From Microthyrium microscopicum (taxonomy: Eukaryota): a DNA stretch of 64,000 nucleotides. A model generated the notes under the pieces. It saw only the letters and a list, made by a program, of their open reading frames with translations, had not been told where the DNA came from and ran no database searches. The translations under genes were made by a program, and so were the position numbers. Positions 38,737-49,859 of this stretch are shown in pieces. The stretch spans positions 2,577,697-2,641,696 of the forward strand of contig MU004234.1 in NCBI GenBank assembly GCA_010405405.1. Reading direction: 5' to 3'. Within the stretch, counting starts at the first letter, position 1. Each line of letters begins with the position of its first letter.

Positions 38737-39619
38737 TTACTACTTAGCTACTCATTGTTCATTTTCTTTAAGGTAGTGTTATTTACTCTTTTGAGTACAT
38801 ATACAGCATATTGACAGGCTGGTAGTTGAAAGCGAATCGCTGCATCGGCATACCGGGAAAGCGCGGCGTTGGCAAGGAGATCAAAAGCATTAGCATATAA
38901 CTTCTTTAGGAAATTTCAATGATTGCTATGCCTGCCAGTGAGTTTATTTTTGACCTCGATGATGGTAGTTGTAATGATTGAGGGTGAACTTTTCAGACTC
39001 AGTTAGTGAAATTTAGAGATTTTATAACCTTTTGAATCCAAGTAAAAAAATCGAGTAGAATGATTTTGATCTGCACTATGCAGTTCGAAGGTTGAGGACG
39101 CGGATAGCAAGGGGCGAAGTTGGCGATGCACTCCATTTCGATCCACCTCTTCCCAGCCAGAGTTCATTGCGCAACAACGCGTCGCGAGCAATGATCATCA
39201 AGCCTGGGCTCAAAAATCTCCTTTTCGTTGAGCTATCGTCACGTCGTTCATTGTGAAATAAATTGTGACCTTCGAAGACGAGGCGAAGGAGCTTGGAGAG
39301 TGGAGTCATCAACGGACACAAACCATCCGACTGTCTGACTCAAGAAGTGCTTGCTATACTGCGGCTTTGCCACAATCGAGGGCTGCGGACAAATATACGA
39401 CACGACCACAGATCTATCTATTCATCCGAACGATACTAGACTCAGTGGTCAAATTCCAAAGATACAGAAAGAGCTAGTGATATAAACATTACCTGGGCTC
39501 AGGCAATCAATTCGCCAGCACCACAACCTAATTCGCCATCGCCAGACTTTCATTTCAGGAATCACACGACTCTCCAGAAACATCTATAAGCGATTCCTAT
39601 CACTTGCTCCAACAGAATC

Positions 39620-42600
39620 ATGGCGTCAGGTAACACTTCAAATCCAGGCGAATCCAGCAGGGAAACTCAACAACGACAATATATGGCTGCTCCGTCACCT
39701 CGAATCGTGCCGAAACCAGTGCCGCAAGGTCAACTGCAGGATCCGCGAACTTTCCAATTAGATCAAATTCGACGACGGTTCTCGCCTCTAGAGACTCGAG
39801 GCGATGATAACGAAGCTGTTTTGAAGTTTCGTATTGTGCCATCGGATCCTGACTTTCCCTACGAGATAGCAGCGCTTCAATGTACGATGACCGTACCACT
39901 CAATTATCCCCAAGTGTATCCGACTCTACGCGTGACAAACAAGGAGATGGAGCGGGGGTATCAAATCAATGTAGAAAAAGGTTTCAACGACATTGTTTCC
40001 AGAATGGCAAATCGAGGGACACTGCTTCAATGTCTTAACACCCTCGACCGGGAGCTAGAAACTTTGCTTGCGGAACGAAAGGCGGAAACCATCAAAATTA
40101 CCGCAAATCCTATTCGTGGAGCAGTCAGCGAAGCAAGCGTTTACTACAAAGAACCTTCAGCGCAGTCAACTCGAGCAGCAACAGCTGTAGTGCCACGACC
40201 ATACTCTCCACCTCCTGCTCTCACATATACCTCAGAACAGCTAGAAAAAGCCAAGAAAAAGCGAGATATGGATACTCGGCAGCTTGAAGCTAGGTTGGGT
40301 CGACTTCCCCTCTACAAGAAAAGTTATGATGGATTAACGTACACTGTTCCTATCGAGCCTCGAAAGCGGAGCGAATTGCCGCAATCTCTAAAATTTATCA
40401 AGGCCATTGATTTGATCGTACCAGCGAAATACAACTTAGAGCCTTGCACCATTGAGCTTCCCGGAGTAGTCTCAGAAGAAATACCAGCTTTACTAGACAA
40501 CTTCAAATCATGGGTGCTACAAAATCCCGACGTGAGCTTGTTTGCTCACATCAACAAGCTGTCACAGAGCATGCATCTAATGGCTGTCAAGCCCATCAGT
40601 CAGGAACCCCTTCAGATCACGGAAACCACTCAAGAAGTATCAAAGCCCGCGGCAACAAAAGCTGATTCCGCTCAAATAGAAGGAGAAAACAAGGACAAGG
40701 GCAAGAGCCATATTGTAGTCATTCCTCGTCCGCCTGAGTGGAGCACTGCAGTCGGCGGTCATTCAAGTGATTCTGACGAATATGACGAATCCCCCTCGGA
40801 CCTTGATGAAGAAACAGACGAAGAAGACCTCGAGGGAACAAATCTTGCAAATGCACCAGCTCAAGGCCCTGAGCGAGGGATTCTCTTATCCTTTCCCAAC
40901 CTTGAGCTCTATGGCATTGAACTTTTGGAACTTATTACACTCAATTTGACCGTCAAATGCGAACGATGTAAAGACCTGACTGATGTTACAAACATTAAAG
41001 ATAGCGCCAAAGGTGATCATTCTACAATTAAGACAACCACTTGCAAGAAATGTTCGACTCAAATTTCTGTTGGTATGTTATGAACCCTACCAATCTAATA
41101 CTACTGTCTTCGTAGGCTGAAATGATTTGCCAGGCTTTCGAATGGACTTGATGCACTCGAATTGCATTCGTGCTGGATATCTGGATCTCGAAGGATGTAC
41201 AGTCTCGGACATGCTTCCTAGGTATGTCGCTGAACCCACGACTTCATAATGCAAGTACTGATGCCATCCAGTCATTTCACCCCTAGTTGTTCGGAATGCT
41301 CAACACCGTATCCCGCACCCGGTATAGTCTCAGTTCGTGGTGATGCTACCATGGCAATCTGCAGACAGTGTCATAAGCGAATGAGTGAGCTCTGCTGACC
41401 ATTGGGAACATATCTCATATACTTACGTTGGAATTAGCTTTGAAGATCCCTGAAATCAAGTTCTTACAAGTCAGCGCTACCAACGGTAATGTCTCACTAA
41501 CCTCGCCTTCAATGAAGTTTTACTTATCGCATTTGTCACTAGTACGAGCATCCCAGGCTCCCCGAAAAAAGGCGAGACATATGAATCCTGATGGATTGTG
41601 CCTCACGCTTATCTCCTCTTAGAAAGTTGAACGACTCGGTATCAAAGCTGGCGAACAGCTGCCGAACCGTGGTCGATGCTCCCATTACTCCAAATCCTAT
41701 CGTTGGTTTCGGTGAGTCAGACGGACTGTCATGTCAAGTCCTATTATATGATTTCAACTTGGCTAATACTATCAGATTTTCTTGCTGCAATAAAGTCTTC
41801 CCGTGTGACAAGTAAGTAGCCTCCAGTGCGATACCTCATTCTGTTCCCCTCTAGACAAACGTGAAAACATGGCAAATGTCCAGGAATTGGGAACCTCCTC
41901 CATTGACCCTGATTAACATCATGAGGCAAGAAAAATTTAAGCTTTAAGCCTGGTCGCGTGGTGTTGTTTACTCTGTGCGCTGCGGACTTTTCTCCGAACT
42001 CAGCCTTGTGCCCCAGCCAGCCTTGCGGCTCCACTACCCTATCGTGTGATACATTCGTGGCGATATACCAACAAAATTGCTGCGATCAAACCCTCCCTCG
42101 TCATCAATGTTGCCATTGAGCTCTTGGCCATTGGAAACTCATTTTCCTATCGTCTAAGAAGTCAGGGGCCATACTATTCTTGTCTATTGCTATCTTTTGG
42201 TCAATTACACCACGAAAGAGACAACCCACAGGTCCCCAGAACGATAATATGCTATTCATTCTACATACACTAACGACCCTCCCAGATGCCACGACAAAGC
42301 CTGCGATCATCCCAACGAGCATGCCAACCGCATGATCTGGTAAGTCCCCTCTCCCTGTCATTCTTCACCAGCCACACCACAAGTACCGGTACCTCCGACT
42401 GAAGTTCAGCGCGCCGGGTTGGTGGTACCGCAGAACAATGTGACACGCAAGACCTCGGCTGCCCACATCGCTGCGCCAGCTGTTTTTTCGTGGTTGGCGC
42501 CGGGGAGTGGCGGCCCGCGGGTCGCACGCGCTGTGCCTTGGGCTAGCATTCAACAAAGTCTTTCCGAATGGCACAAACTTCCCTTTTGCTTTCCGATTGC

Positions 42601-42884
42601 TACACGCTCCGAGTTCGGCAAGAGAACTAACGAGATGTCTAATTGCAGCGGCTACTGTTCGCGCGAACAGAATTATAGGCCAGAGGACTGTGGAGTGTGC
42701 CACGCGTCGTTGGTTGCGCGGGCAGGCAAAGGATTCTGGGAGGGCGGAAAGGGAACGCGGGACAAGAATAAGATGTCTAGAAAAGGTGAGCTCAAAGTGT
42801 TCTGAGTATGTAGGGAACTCGCTAATTAGTTGTTCAGATCCACGTAAGTATAAGAGGAAGCCTGGCACGGTTAAGAAGGAATAG
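39620..42884 (+). CDS. CHY zinc-finger protein with N-terminal RWD-like region, about 10 exons
   Basis: PSDPDFPYEI..VPLNYP. Several CxxC pairs. Spliced CHY motif GRCSHYSKSYRWFRFSCCNKVFPCDKCHD..H..MICGYC..CGVC. Tail GFWEGGKGTRDK..SRKDPRKYKR. Confidence 0.92.
41812..42285 (+). ncRNA. Candidate intron-encoded structured RNA (H/ACA-like) in 474-nt intron; coordinates are the host intron
   Basis: Hairpin followed by AGAAAA (41929-34). A 3' hairpin is closed by ctcattttc/gaaagag and followed by ACA (42221-23). Confidence 0.4.
42340..42648 (+). ncRNA. Candidate intron-encoded structured RNA (H/ACA-like) in 309-nt intron; coordinates are the host intron
   Basis: CGGTACC/GGTACCG hairpin followed by AGAACA (42432-37), a long GC-rich hairpin, then a GTGCC/GGCAC hairpin ending at ACA (42573-75). 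Confidence 0.45.
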
Positions 42885-43022
42885 AGCTCGTGTGGGAAAG
42901 GTGTGGTGTTGCGGTTCATCAGTTTTGATTGTTCTAGCACCGTCTATACATATCTACATGGGATATCGTAGCATAGCATTAAGAAACACGGGACTTTTCA
43001 TTTCCGATAGACGCCGCGCTGT

Positions 43023-44442
43023 TTAATACTCGTCTTCGCCGCTTCCTGTGATAATGACGTTGTTGACCTATTGGTTTTGTCAGCTAGTTGCAGTACAGAG
43101 ACAGGGTCTAGAGTATAGCATGTCAGGAGAAGCAACCTCGCGGTCCACAGCAGCGCGGAAGTCCACCCTGGGCTTCCGCTGCTCCCTTGTGGGTCATGAA
43201 AAAACTGCACATGCCCCCGCTGTAGTGCCACCAGGCAAGGCGCGTCTACATGACAGCACAGCGGCAAGGGGATATTGCTGTGCGTCCTTGAAAAATAACA
43301 CGGCATGCACGTAATAAATGCATTAAGGGGGTTGTGTACATACCTTGAGAACCATACGGCAAAGCTGCGTTGCCAGCAGAAGTTGTTGGCGCTTGGAGAT
43401 GAGCGGATCAATGACAAAGTGCTCACGCATATCTGCGTCAAAAGTCAGTTTGGGTGTTTTCAGAACACATATTGAAAAGGTTGGGTGAATTGAGCGCAAA
43501 GGTGCAAGGGAGTACGTGTGTAACGTGGGGAAAAGCTATGGAAATATGCGGCAGGCTGGATTTCAGGTTCACTCGGCCTACGCTGAGCAACATTTTGGCG
43601 TCGCGTTGGAAGTTATGGTCATCTGAAATCGGCGTACGACTTGTGCTCCCCAGGTAAGGGCGGAGATGAGATCGCGGATCCACGGGATGTGCAAGGCGGA
43701 GACTGGGCGAAGGAAACAATAGACTTACCATTGCTACCGGTCTGCATGCAATCAACACCCAATCGAGTATTCTTCTCTTTTACCTGTCGTGATTTGATTT
43801 CCGCAAGCGTCTCAATTGGTGAAAGACCGGAGTTTTCGGCCAATGCCATGGGAATGGCATCTAGTGCGTCTGCGAAGGCGCGCATGGCGTATTGCTCTAG
43901 TCCTGGACTCTGCATAGGGCGAGAGTGGTTAGCTATGAAAGGAAAACAGGCAGCGAGGTGGGCGATAGAAGGACTATCGCAAGCCTCGGATTGGTACTAA
44001 CCTTGACAGCAGCCTCCTCAACGGCCAGGGAGCAGGCAATCTCTGCAGCTCCTCCGCCATATACGATGCGGTTGTCGCGAACAAGATTTCTCACAACACA
44101 CAGAGCGTCGTGTAGTGAGCGCTTTGCCTCGTCGATGATCTAGATGATATTAGCGAAATGGTGATAGTAGAACATGTGTTGGACATTACCATTTTGTTGC
44201 TGCCTCTTACAAAGACCGTGACAGCACGAGTGTTGGCGCATTCTTCAATGACCAGCATCTTGTCTCGAGTTGTACCAAAGGTCATCTCTCTTACAATACC
44301 AGCGTGACCCAACTTGGCAGCGCTCAAATCTTCGAAACGAGGAACGATTCGACCGTTGGTAGCGATAGCGATGAGTTCGATCTCTGGACCTCCCACCCAT
44401 CGTACGGCTGGGAGTTTATTTGTGAGAAGTAAATGGTTTGCC

Positions 44443-44473
<31 letters not shown>

Positions 44474-45568
44474 CATTAGCACCAGTGTCCTTGATTTGTT
44501 GAATCATCTCTTCAAACTTGGCTGTTTCGTAGGTTTGTAGCTTCTTGAACTCTTCAACTGACGTTATGTCCAACTTATGTTTTGTCTTGGGCTTGGGGGG
44601 TTCGAAAGCGCAAGTAAGAATGGCGAGCTTTGCGTCCTTGACTTCGGAAGGCATCTGGGGATGAGAGAAATCCTTGTCCACCACGACTCCTTTGACCAAT
44701 ACTGTATCTTCCAGAGCACCACCGACCTTGCCATCGACTTTGATGAGCTCAAAATTGACATCTTTTGACTCCAAATCTGCTACTGATAGCACGGCGTCCA
44801 CGGCTATTTGTGAGAATTGATCATGGGCCTTGGACACAATTTTGCTTCCGAGACTCGTTTTGGCAACGCGGAGGAGGTTCTGGGTGTCTTCTTTGGAAAA
44901 GGGAATAGTATCGCTTATCTTGTCGAGCTCTGCTACGGCAATCTCGCAGGCTTCGTCGTAACCATTCGCAATTCGGATAGGGTGGATACCTTTGTCGATT
45001 AAATCGGCAGCCTGCTCGAGTAGAGAACCAGCCAAAACTACCACACCAGTTGTACCGTCTCCAATTTCGTCATCTTGTGATTTCGAGAGCTCGACAAGTA
45101 GCTTCGCTATGTTGTTGGAGATCTCCATTTGGGAGAGAATGGTTGCGCCATCGTTCGTCACCGTAATATCGCCGTCAGGAGAAATGAGAATCTTGTCTAG
45201 GCCGCGTGGTCCCAAAGACGTTTTGACAATGTCGGCTACCGTGCGCGCAGCGAGGATATGTGATTTGACAGCATCGTTCCCGTGTAATCGCTTCTTTCTG
45301 CCTTGGCTGGAAGAAAGTTAGTACTGTTAGGCGGGGAGGATAGGCACGCGCGTACTCTCTGACAACGATGAAAGGTCGACCTTGTTCATCTTGCATTACC
45401 TGCGCTAATCTGCTGTTAGTTCGTGCACTGGAAAGTCCGGCGAAGTAAGGCGCAAAGTACCTTGGGACATATCAAGTTCTAAAAAGAGTCAGTCACATCA
45501 TACACGTCCCACAGTGGGGTCAACAGAGAGCTTGGAGCGCTGATGAAGGACTTACGCATTCCAGCCAT
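43023..45568 (-). CDS. CCT5: T-complex protein 1 subunit epsilon (CCT/TRiC chaperonin), multi-exon
   Basis: [69 protein letters not shown] and [17 protein letters not shown]. 5' micro-exons. Stop TAA at 43023-25. Confidence 0.97.
43068..43343 (-). ncRNA. Candidate structured RNA in 276-nt last intron of CCT5; coordinates are the host intron
   Basis: GC-rich stems GCACAGC/GCTGTGC, CATGCC/GGCATG and GCGGAAG/CTTCCGC, followed by an ACA upstream of the branch point. Confidence 0.35.
43433..43728 (-). ncRNA. Candidate structured RNA in 296-nt penultimate intron of CCT5; coordinates are the host intron
   Basis: CCCAG/CTGGG hairpin and a perfect GATTTCAG/CTGAAATC stem overlapping GATGA..CTGA. Confidence 0.3.
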
Positions 45569-45882
45569 GATTGGATATTTGCCCAGAGGGACTTGTGACA
45601 ACAAGACACAAGAAAGTGCTAAGAAGAGTTGATCTGGTGTGGTGTGTCGTTCAACGGTTCAAAGGAAAAAGGTCTCAAAGCTTCGCGGTGCCTGGCGAAC
45701 TTTCTTCGAAATGTTTGTTGCAAGTGCGCTTTGCTTCTTTGGGCTTAGTGGGGCTCTTTCCGCCACTAAGTCCTAACTCTTCATGTTCTTGACTTCCTTC
45801 TCTCAACTCCAACTCTTCTTCCATGCTTACCTATTGCTTCTCGAAATTACCCTCTCTCCAACATTAAGATCCCTAACAACTC

Positions 45883-46539
45883 ATGGATCATGCTGGTGAT
45901 GGGAACCTAAGAAGATTGATCGAAGAAGGTCTCCGACCCGGATCAATATTCCAGAGCCCTCCCCTTCTTCGCCCGACAGCTTGGATGGGCTGTACATACG
46001 ATTGCCTCTTTGGAACCTTTTACATAGAGTATGGATGGGCACTGACGCTCTTCCAAGTTTTAGCTGGTACTATCAAAGTCTTGTGTGAAAGCACACAAAG
46101 AGTGAGGCATCAGCCCTATCCAGAAGATCGTCTGGAGCACAACTTCTTAAATCAACGCCACCAACAAATGTGCTGTCAGTCGATTGTGATTTGTTCTGAT
46201 CCAGCTGCGTGCGCCTTGAGAATGAAGTGCCAGCATCGTATCGACGCGACGTGTCAGCCACAAAAGCATGGGAGCTGTCCATCTGTACCGGAGCAGAGCC
46301 TCGTCGATATGTATAGTCAGCCAATCAAAGTTTCTTATAAGCAAGCCTTTAACTGGCCTCACCGGGCCTCTCGGCCTCACTCTGGCTGCAACTGTGATGC
46401 TTCTACGATCCCGCTTTGGTTGACTGAGGCCTCTGATATCCTCGTTATACAGGGCTATCCAGGCAGATTAGGGGTAACTGCTTCGTCGAGACAACATATC
46501 TCCTGTCTGCGGGCTGCAATGCAAATCTTGTTTGAGTAG
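45883..46539 (+). CDS. Hypothetical ORF, 218 aa, divergent from CCT5
   Basis: Open frame with ATG only, no motif. May be spurious. Confidence 0.3.
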   Translation: MDHAGDGNLRRLIEEGLRPGSIFQSPPLLRPTAWMGCTYDCLFGTFYIEYGWALTLFQVLAGTIKVLCESTQRVRHQPYPEDRLEHNFLNQRHQQMCCQSIVICSDPAACALRMKCQHRIDATCQPQKHGSCPSVPEQSLVDMYSQPIKVSYKQAFNWPHRASRPHSGCNCDASTIPLWLTEASDILVIQGYPGRLGVTASSRQHISCLRAAMQILFE

Positions 46540-46880
46540 CGAATAATAATCTATTTAGACTGGAAAGCTGGCAAGGCAGACTTCAAACCCAGCATATTGG
46601 CTCTTCCGTAGTCCTCTACAGCTGAAGATTGGATCGTTTAAAATTGAAATGCTATGTTTACAATGCGCACCACCTGTAACAGTGTATATCTTACGCCTTG
46701 AGCTGTTTTTAACGTCGTTCTACAGGAGGCTGAGCTACCAAGAGGCATTTGGGCAGAAAAAGAGGCAACTGGCAGCAGAAATCACATATAAAACGGACTC
46801 GCCTCTGCTGAATCTCCATTATAGACCCTACAAACATTGCTTTCCTATATTTCTCATCAGTATACTTCCTGTCAACAAAC

Positions 46881-47388
46881 ATGTACTTCCTCAAGGCCTT
46901 ATTCTTTCCTATTGTCTTTGCTGCCTTCGTGTTTGCAGGTATAACTCGTCCTGCTGTCCGAGCTATCATAAGTTCAAAGCTAATAGAATCTCACAGGCCA
47001 CAATTGCAAATGTCAAGACAACTCCGGCCAATACAACGATTATACCCAGATTTGCTGTGCAAAGCAAGCCGCTCCAAATGCTGTCCTGAAGGATATTGTC
47101 AGCTCTGCGGTCACCATTGCCGCCACTGATCCAGAAGATATCTTCGCCGATCTGGTTGCGGTGGGTTCTATCATATATGATCTTATCGAAGAGTTTTCGA
47201 TCGAGTATCATGGAGATCAGCATCATCAGGTATGTCAATTGCATATCTTTTGCTTAGATCTTAGTAGCGTTAACGAATTTACGTGATAATAGTGCTCAAG
47301 CTGGGACAATCATATCGACTCGGGTGCTTTTGTACAATGCTGCAATGACCTTGGTGTTGGAGATGGTCATGCTTTCTGTTGGGATTAG
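46881..47388 (+). CDS. Small secreted cysteine-rich protein (128 aa, 8 Cys), 3 exons
   Basis: Exons 46881-46938, 46997-47229 and 47293-47388 splice in frame at GT-AG introns. They give a signal peptide plus HNCKCQD..ICC..HHQCSS..VQCC..AFCWD. Confidence 0.85.
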
Positions 47389-47681
47389 ATATGTTATCGC
47401 ATTGCAAGCATAGATACCTAAGCTTTCTGGACATCCAAGATTGGATGAACAAGATGATATCGCCTTGTTGATGATCGCCAGATTTTGGACGATCATACTA
47501 GAGAGATTTTGGTTCGGGGTGTTTCAACAGCCAACACATTCGTTACATATAGCTGAACCGCCGACTCAGGCCGTGGTGCCAATGAAATCGTCAACTTCGC
47601 CAATTCACTGTGAACCAGTCACTGTCGCGTGATCTCTATGTCTATTTTAAATCTAAACTATTTATTCAGGATTCGTGTTCC

Positions 47682-49859
47682 TTAAACAAGACTAATCAAA
47701 TATCTAGGGACTGTATCCTTGTTTGTGAAATCGATGTCGTGTACGTTACTGACATCCTTTAGGCCTCTTTTGAGCATTCGTTCAAAATTATCAATATTCC
47801 CTTTCCAGATATACTGAATAATATTGCAGAAACCAATACGGACCCATTGCCCAGGTATCAACTCACTCGGCTCAATCCACAATCCATAATACTCAGGATA
47901 ACCCTCATCCAACGTGTGTAGAACAAGAATGAGGGTGTAAGCCCGTTCTATATCTGGCAGAGTGAACTCATCATGTCTGAATTGCACAAGAACGTTTTCG
48001 GTACCAAATCGGAACAGAGTGGAATCTGGATTTGTATCCTCTTTCCTCAACTTACCTTGAACCATGGGTCCCCAGAGCTGTAGAGATGCGCTTAACAGTC
48101 TCTTCCTGGTATCATTTTCTTGGTGCGCCATTGCAATATCTACGACGCGGATGAGAATGTCTTCCTGTCGCTGTTTCTTCCTCGTTGGTTGCCAGAGGAA
48201 ATAGTTCTCAGAGACCTGTGGATCAATCTTTCCATTCACCGAAGCCCACGACCATGAAGGTGCTTGCCATTGCACTGGCCGCGAAGCTGGAGGCATGATG
48301 CGCCAAAGCAATTGATAGGGGAGTCGTTTGCGCCATAATCCTGCAATCAACTCATCGTAGATTCCCAACTTCTGCCCTACACTCGCTATCGCGATGAGTT
48401 TGTCTTTTTCAGGAAATGTAAGCTCTGCAGCAGTGTATCGTTGAAGGATGAGATCCCATAGAAGATATTCCCTAAAAGGGCGCTGCTTCTCATCATGCAG
48501 ACGCATCCTGCCATAGACATACTCAGGATTTGTCGTAAGTTTGCGTCCGGTAAGAAGAGGGATATTTTGTGGATACATTTCATTAGCCTGTCTCTGATAA
48601 CATTCCCAGAACATCTGCCCTTCGGCAAAATAGAGAACCCGCCGAGCAAGGACAAGCTCTTGGGTGACCCAAGCTCTTGAGAGTAATGGAGACTCAGTGA
48701 TGTCAAAGTGCCAATCGAAGCTACTGCTGATGGAATATGACTCATTCTTCGCATTTGTCCATTTAGCCTCGACAACACATGGAATCGCTCGAGATTTCCG
48801 GCCGTAGAAGAACAATCCTTCTGACTCTAGGGGTCGTGCTGCCGCGATGTTGACTTCTGCATTTTGGTAGATATCTCCCATATCTCGAGCTTGTTCTTGC
48901 CAGTCCACTTCGCTATCTTGAAGGATACAAAGGCTATCAATCCAGATATACCGAACTCCCAGTCGCCTAGAAACTTCCATAGCGTCACGAAAATTTTGCG
49001 GTAGTAGAGATACATCTAAACCCTCTTGCATAGCGTCATAAGACGCCATCACCAATCTCAATGGCTGGCTTCTTCCCCAAACATGCGACAGTGTAGCATA
49101 TTTAAAGCTGGCTGGAAGATTCTTTGTCATACAAAGTCTTGGAGAAATATGTTTACCCTGACCTAGGTCGAGGACTCGTTTCGGTTTAGCACCAGTAATC
49201 GGAAAGCTTCGACATTCGTCGTGATCCTGTCTGCAGCTGTTAAGCCAGAAGTCCGCAATGTCTTTACTTGTTTGGCTATTGTTGCTAGCTTCTCGCGCGA
49301 CCATATCCGAGATGTATGGCTTTGATTCTGACACTCTTTAGTATCTAACAGATTAAGCAGCAGAGTGACATATTCGAATCGCAACCGTACCTTGCAAGCT
49401 AAGTATTGCTAAAGAGCTTTGCACTTTCAATTCATCTTTCTCATCCACGGGGCAGTACTCAAAATCGATGCCGCACACACGATCAAAGGGGCCTTGATTA
49501 AGATCATCATGGCCAGATTTCTGTTCATCGTCCAGCGTGAAGTTAGAGTGTTCGTTGAACACATTGAAGTGTACGTGGTTGGATCCTTCCAAAGTGTCTC
49601 TGTCTTTGCTTGATAAAAGCTTCAACCGCATTGCACAAATGCGACAATCGGCATTGGCGGACTCGACGAGCTCCTCGAAAGTCTGATGAAAATGTTGGTA
49701 TGGCCGAAAGAATCGAGGTCGCACTACTGCCTCGCTCGAGAACATCAACTTGCAATAGTAACAGAGGAGCGCCATTGGAGGTAACAAAGATGTAGTCGGC
49801 GCTTTTAGCTTCGACGCACGTATGAATGGATTGAAAGACCATCCTGAACGAGTTTCCAT
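47682..49859 (-). CDS. HET-domain (heterokaryon incompatibility) protein, 2 exons
   Basis: YATLSHVWG, LPQNFRDAM, YIWIDSLCILQD, MGDIYQNA, LLSRAWVTQELVL and APSWSWAS. Intron 49390-49328. An alternative start lies near 49775. Confidence 0.93.

Noticed and set aside
42150..42240. RNase MRP-like words (CAGGGGCCATACT, GTCCCC) in the long CHY intron
   Set aside because: The two P4-like strands are in the wrong order and there is no upstream GAAAGTCCCC.
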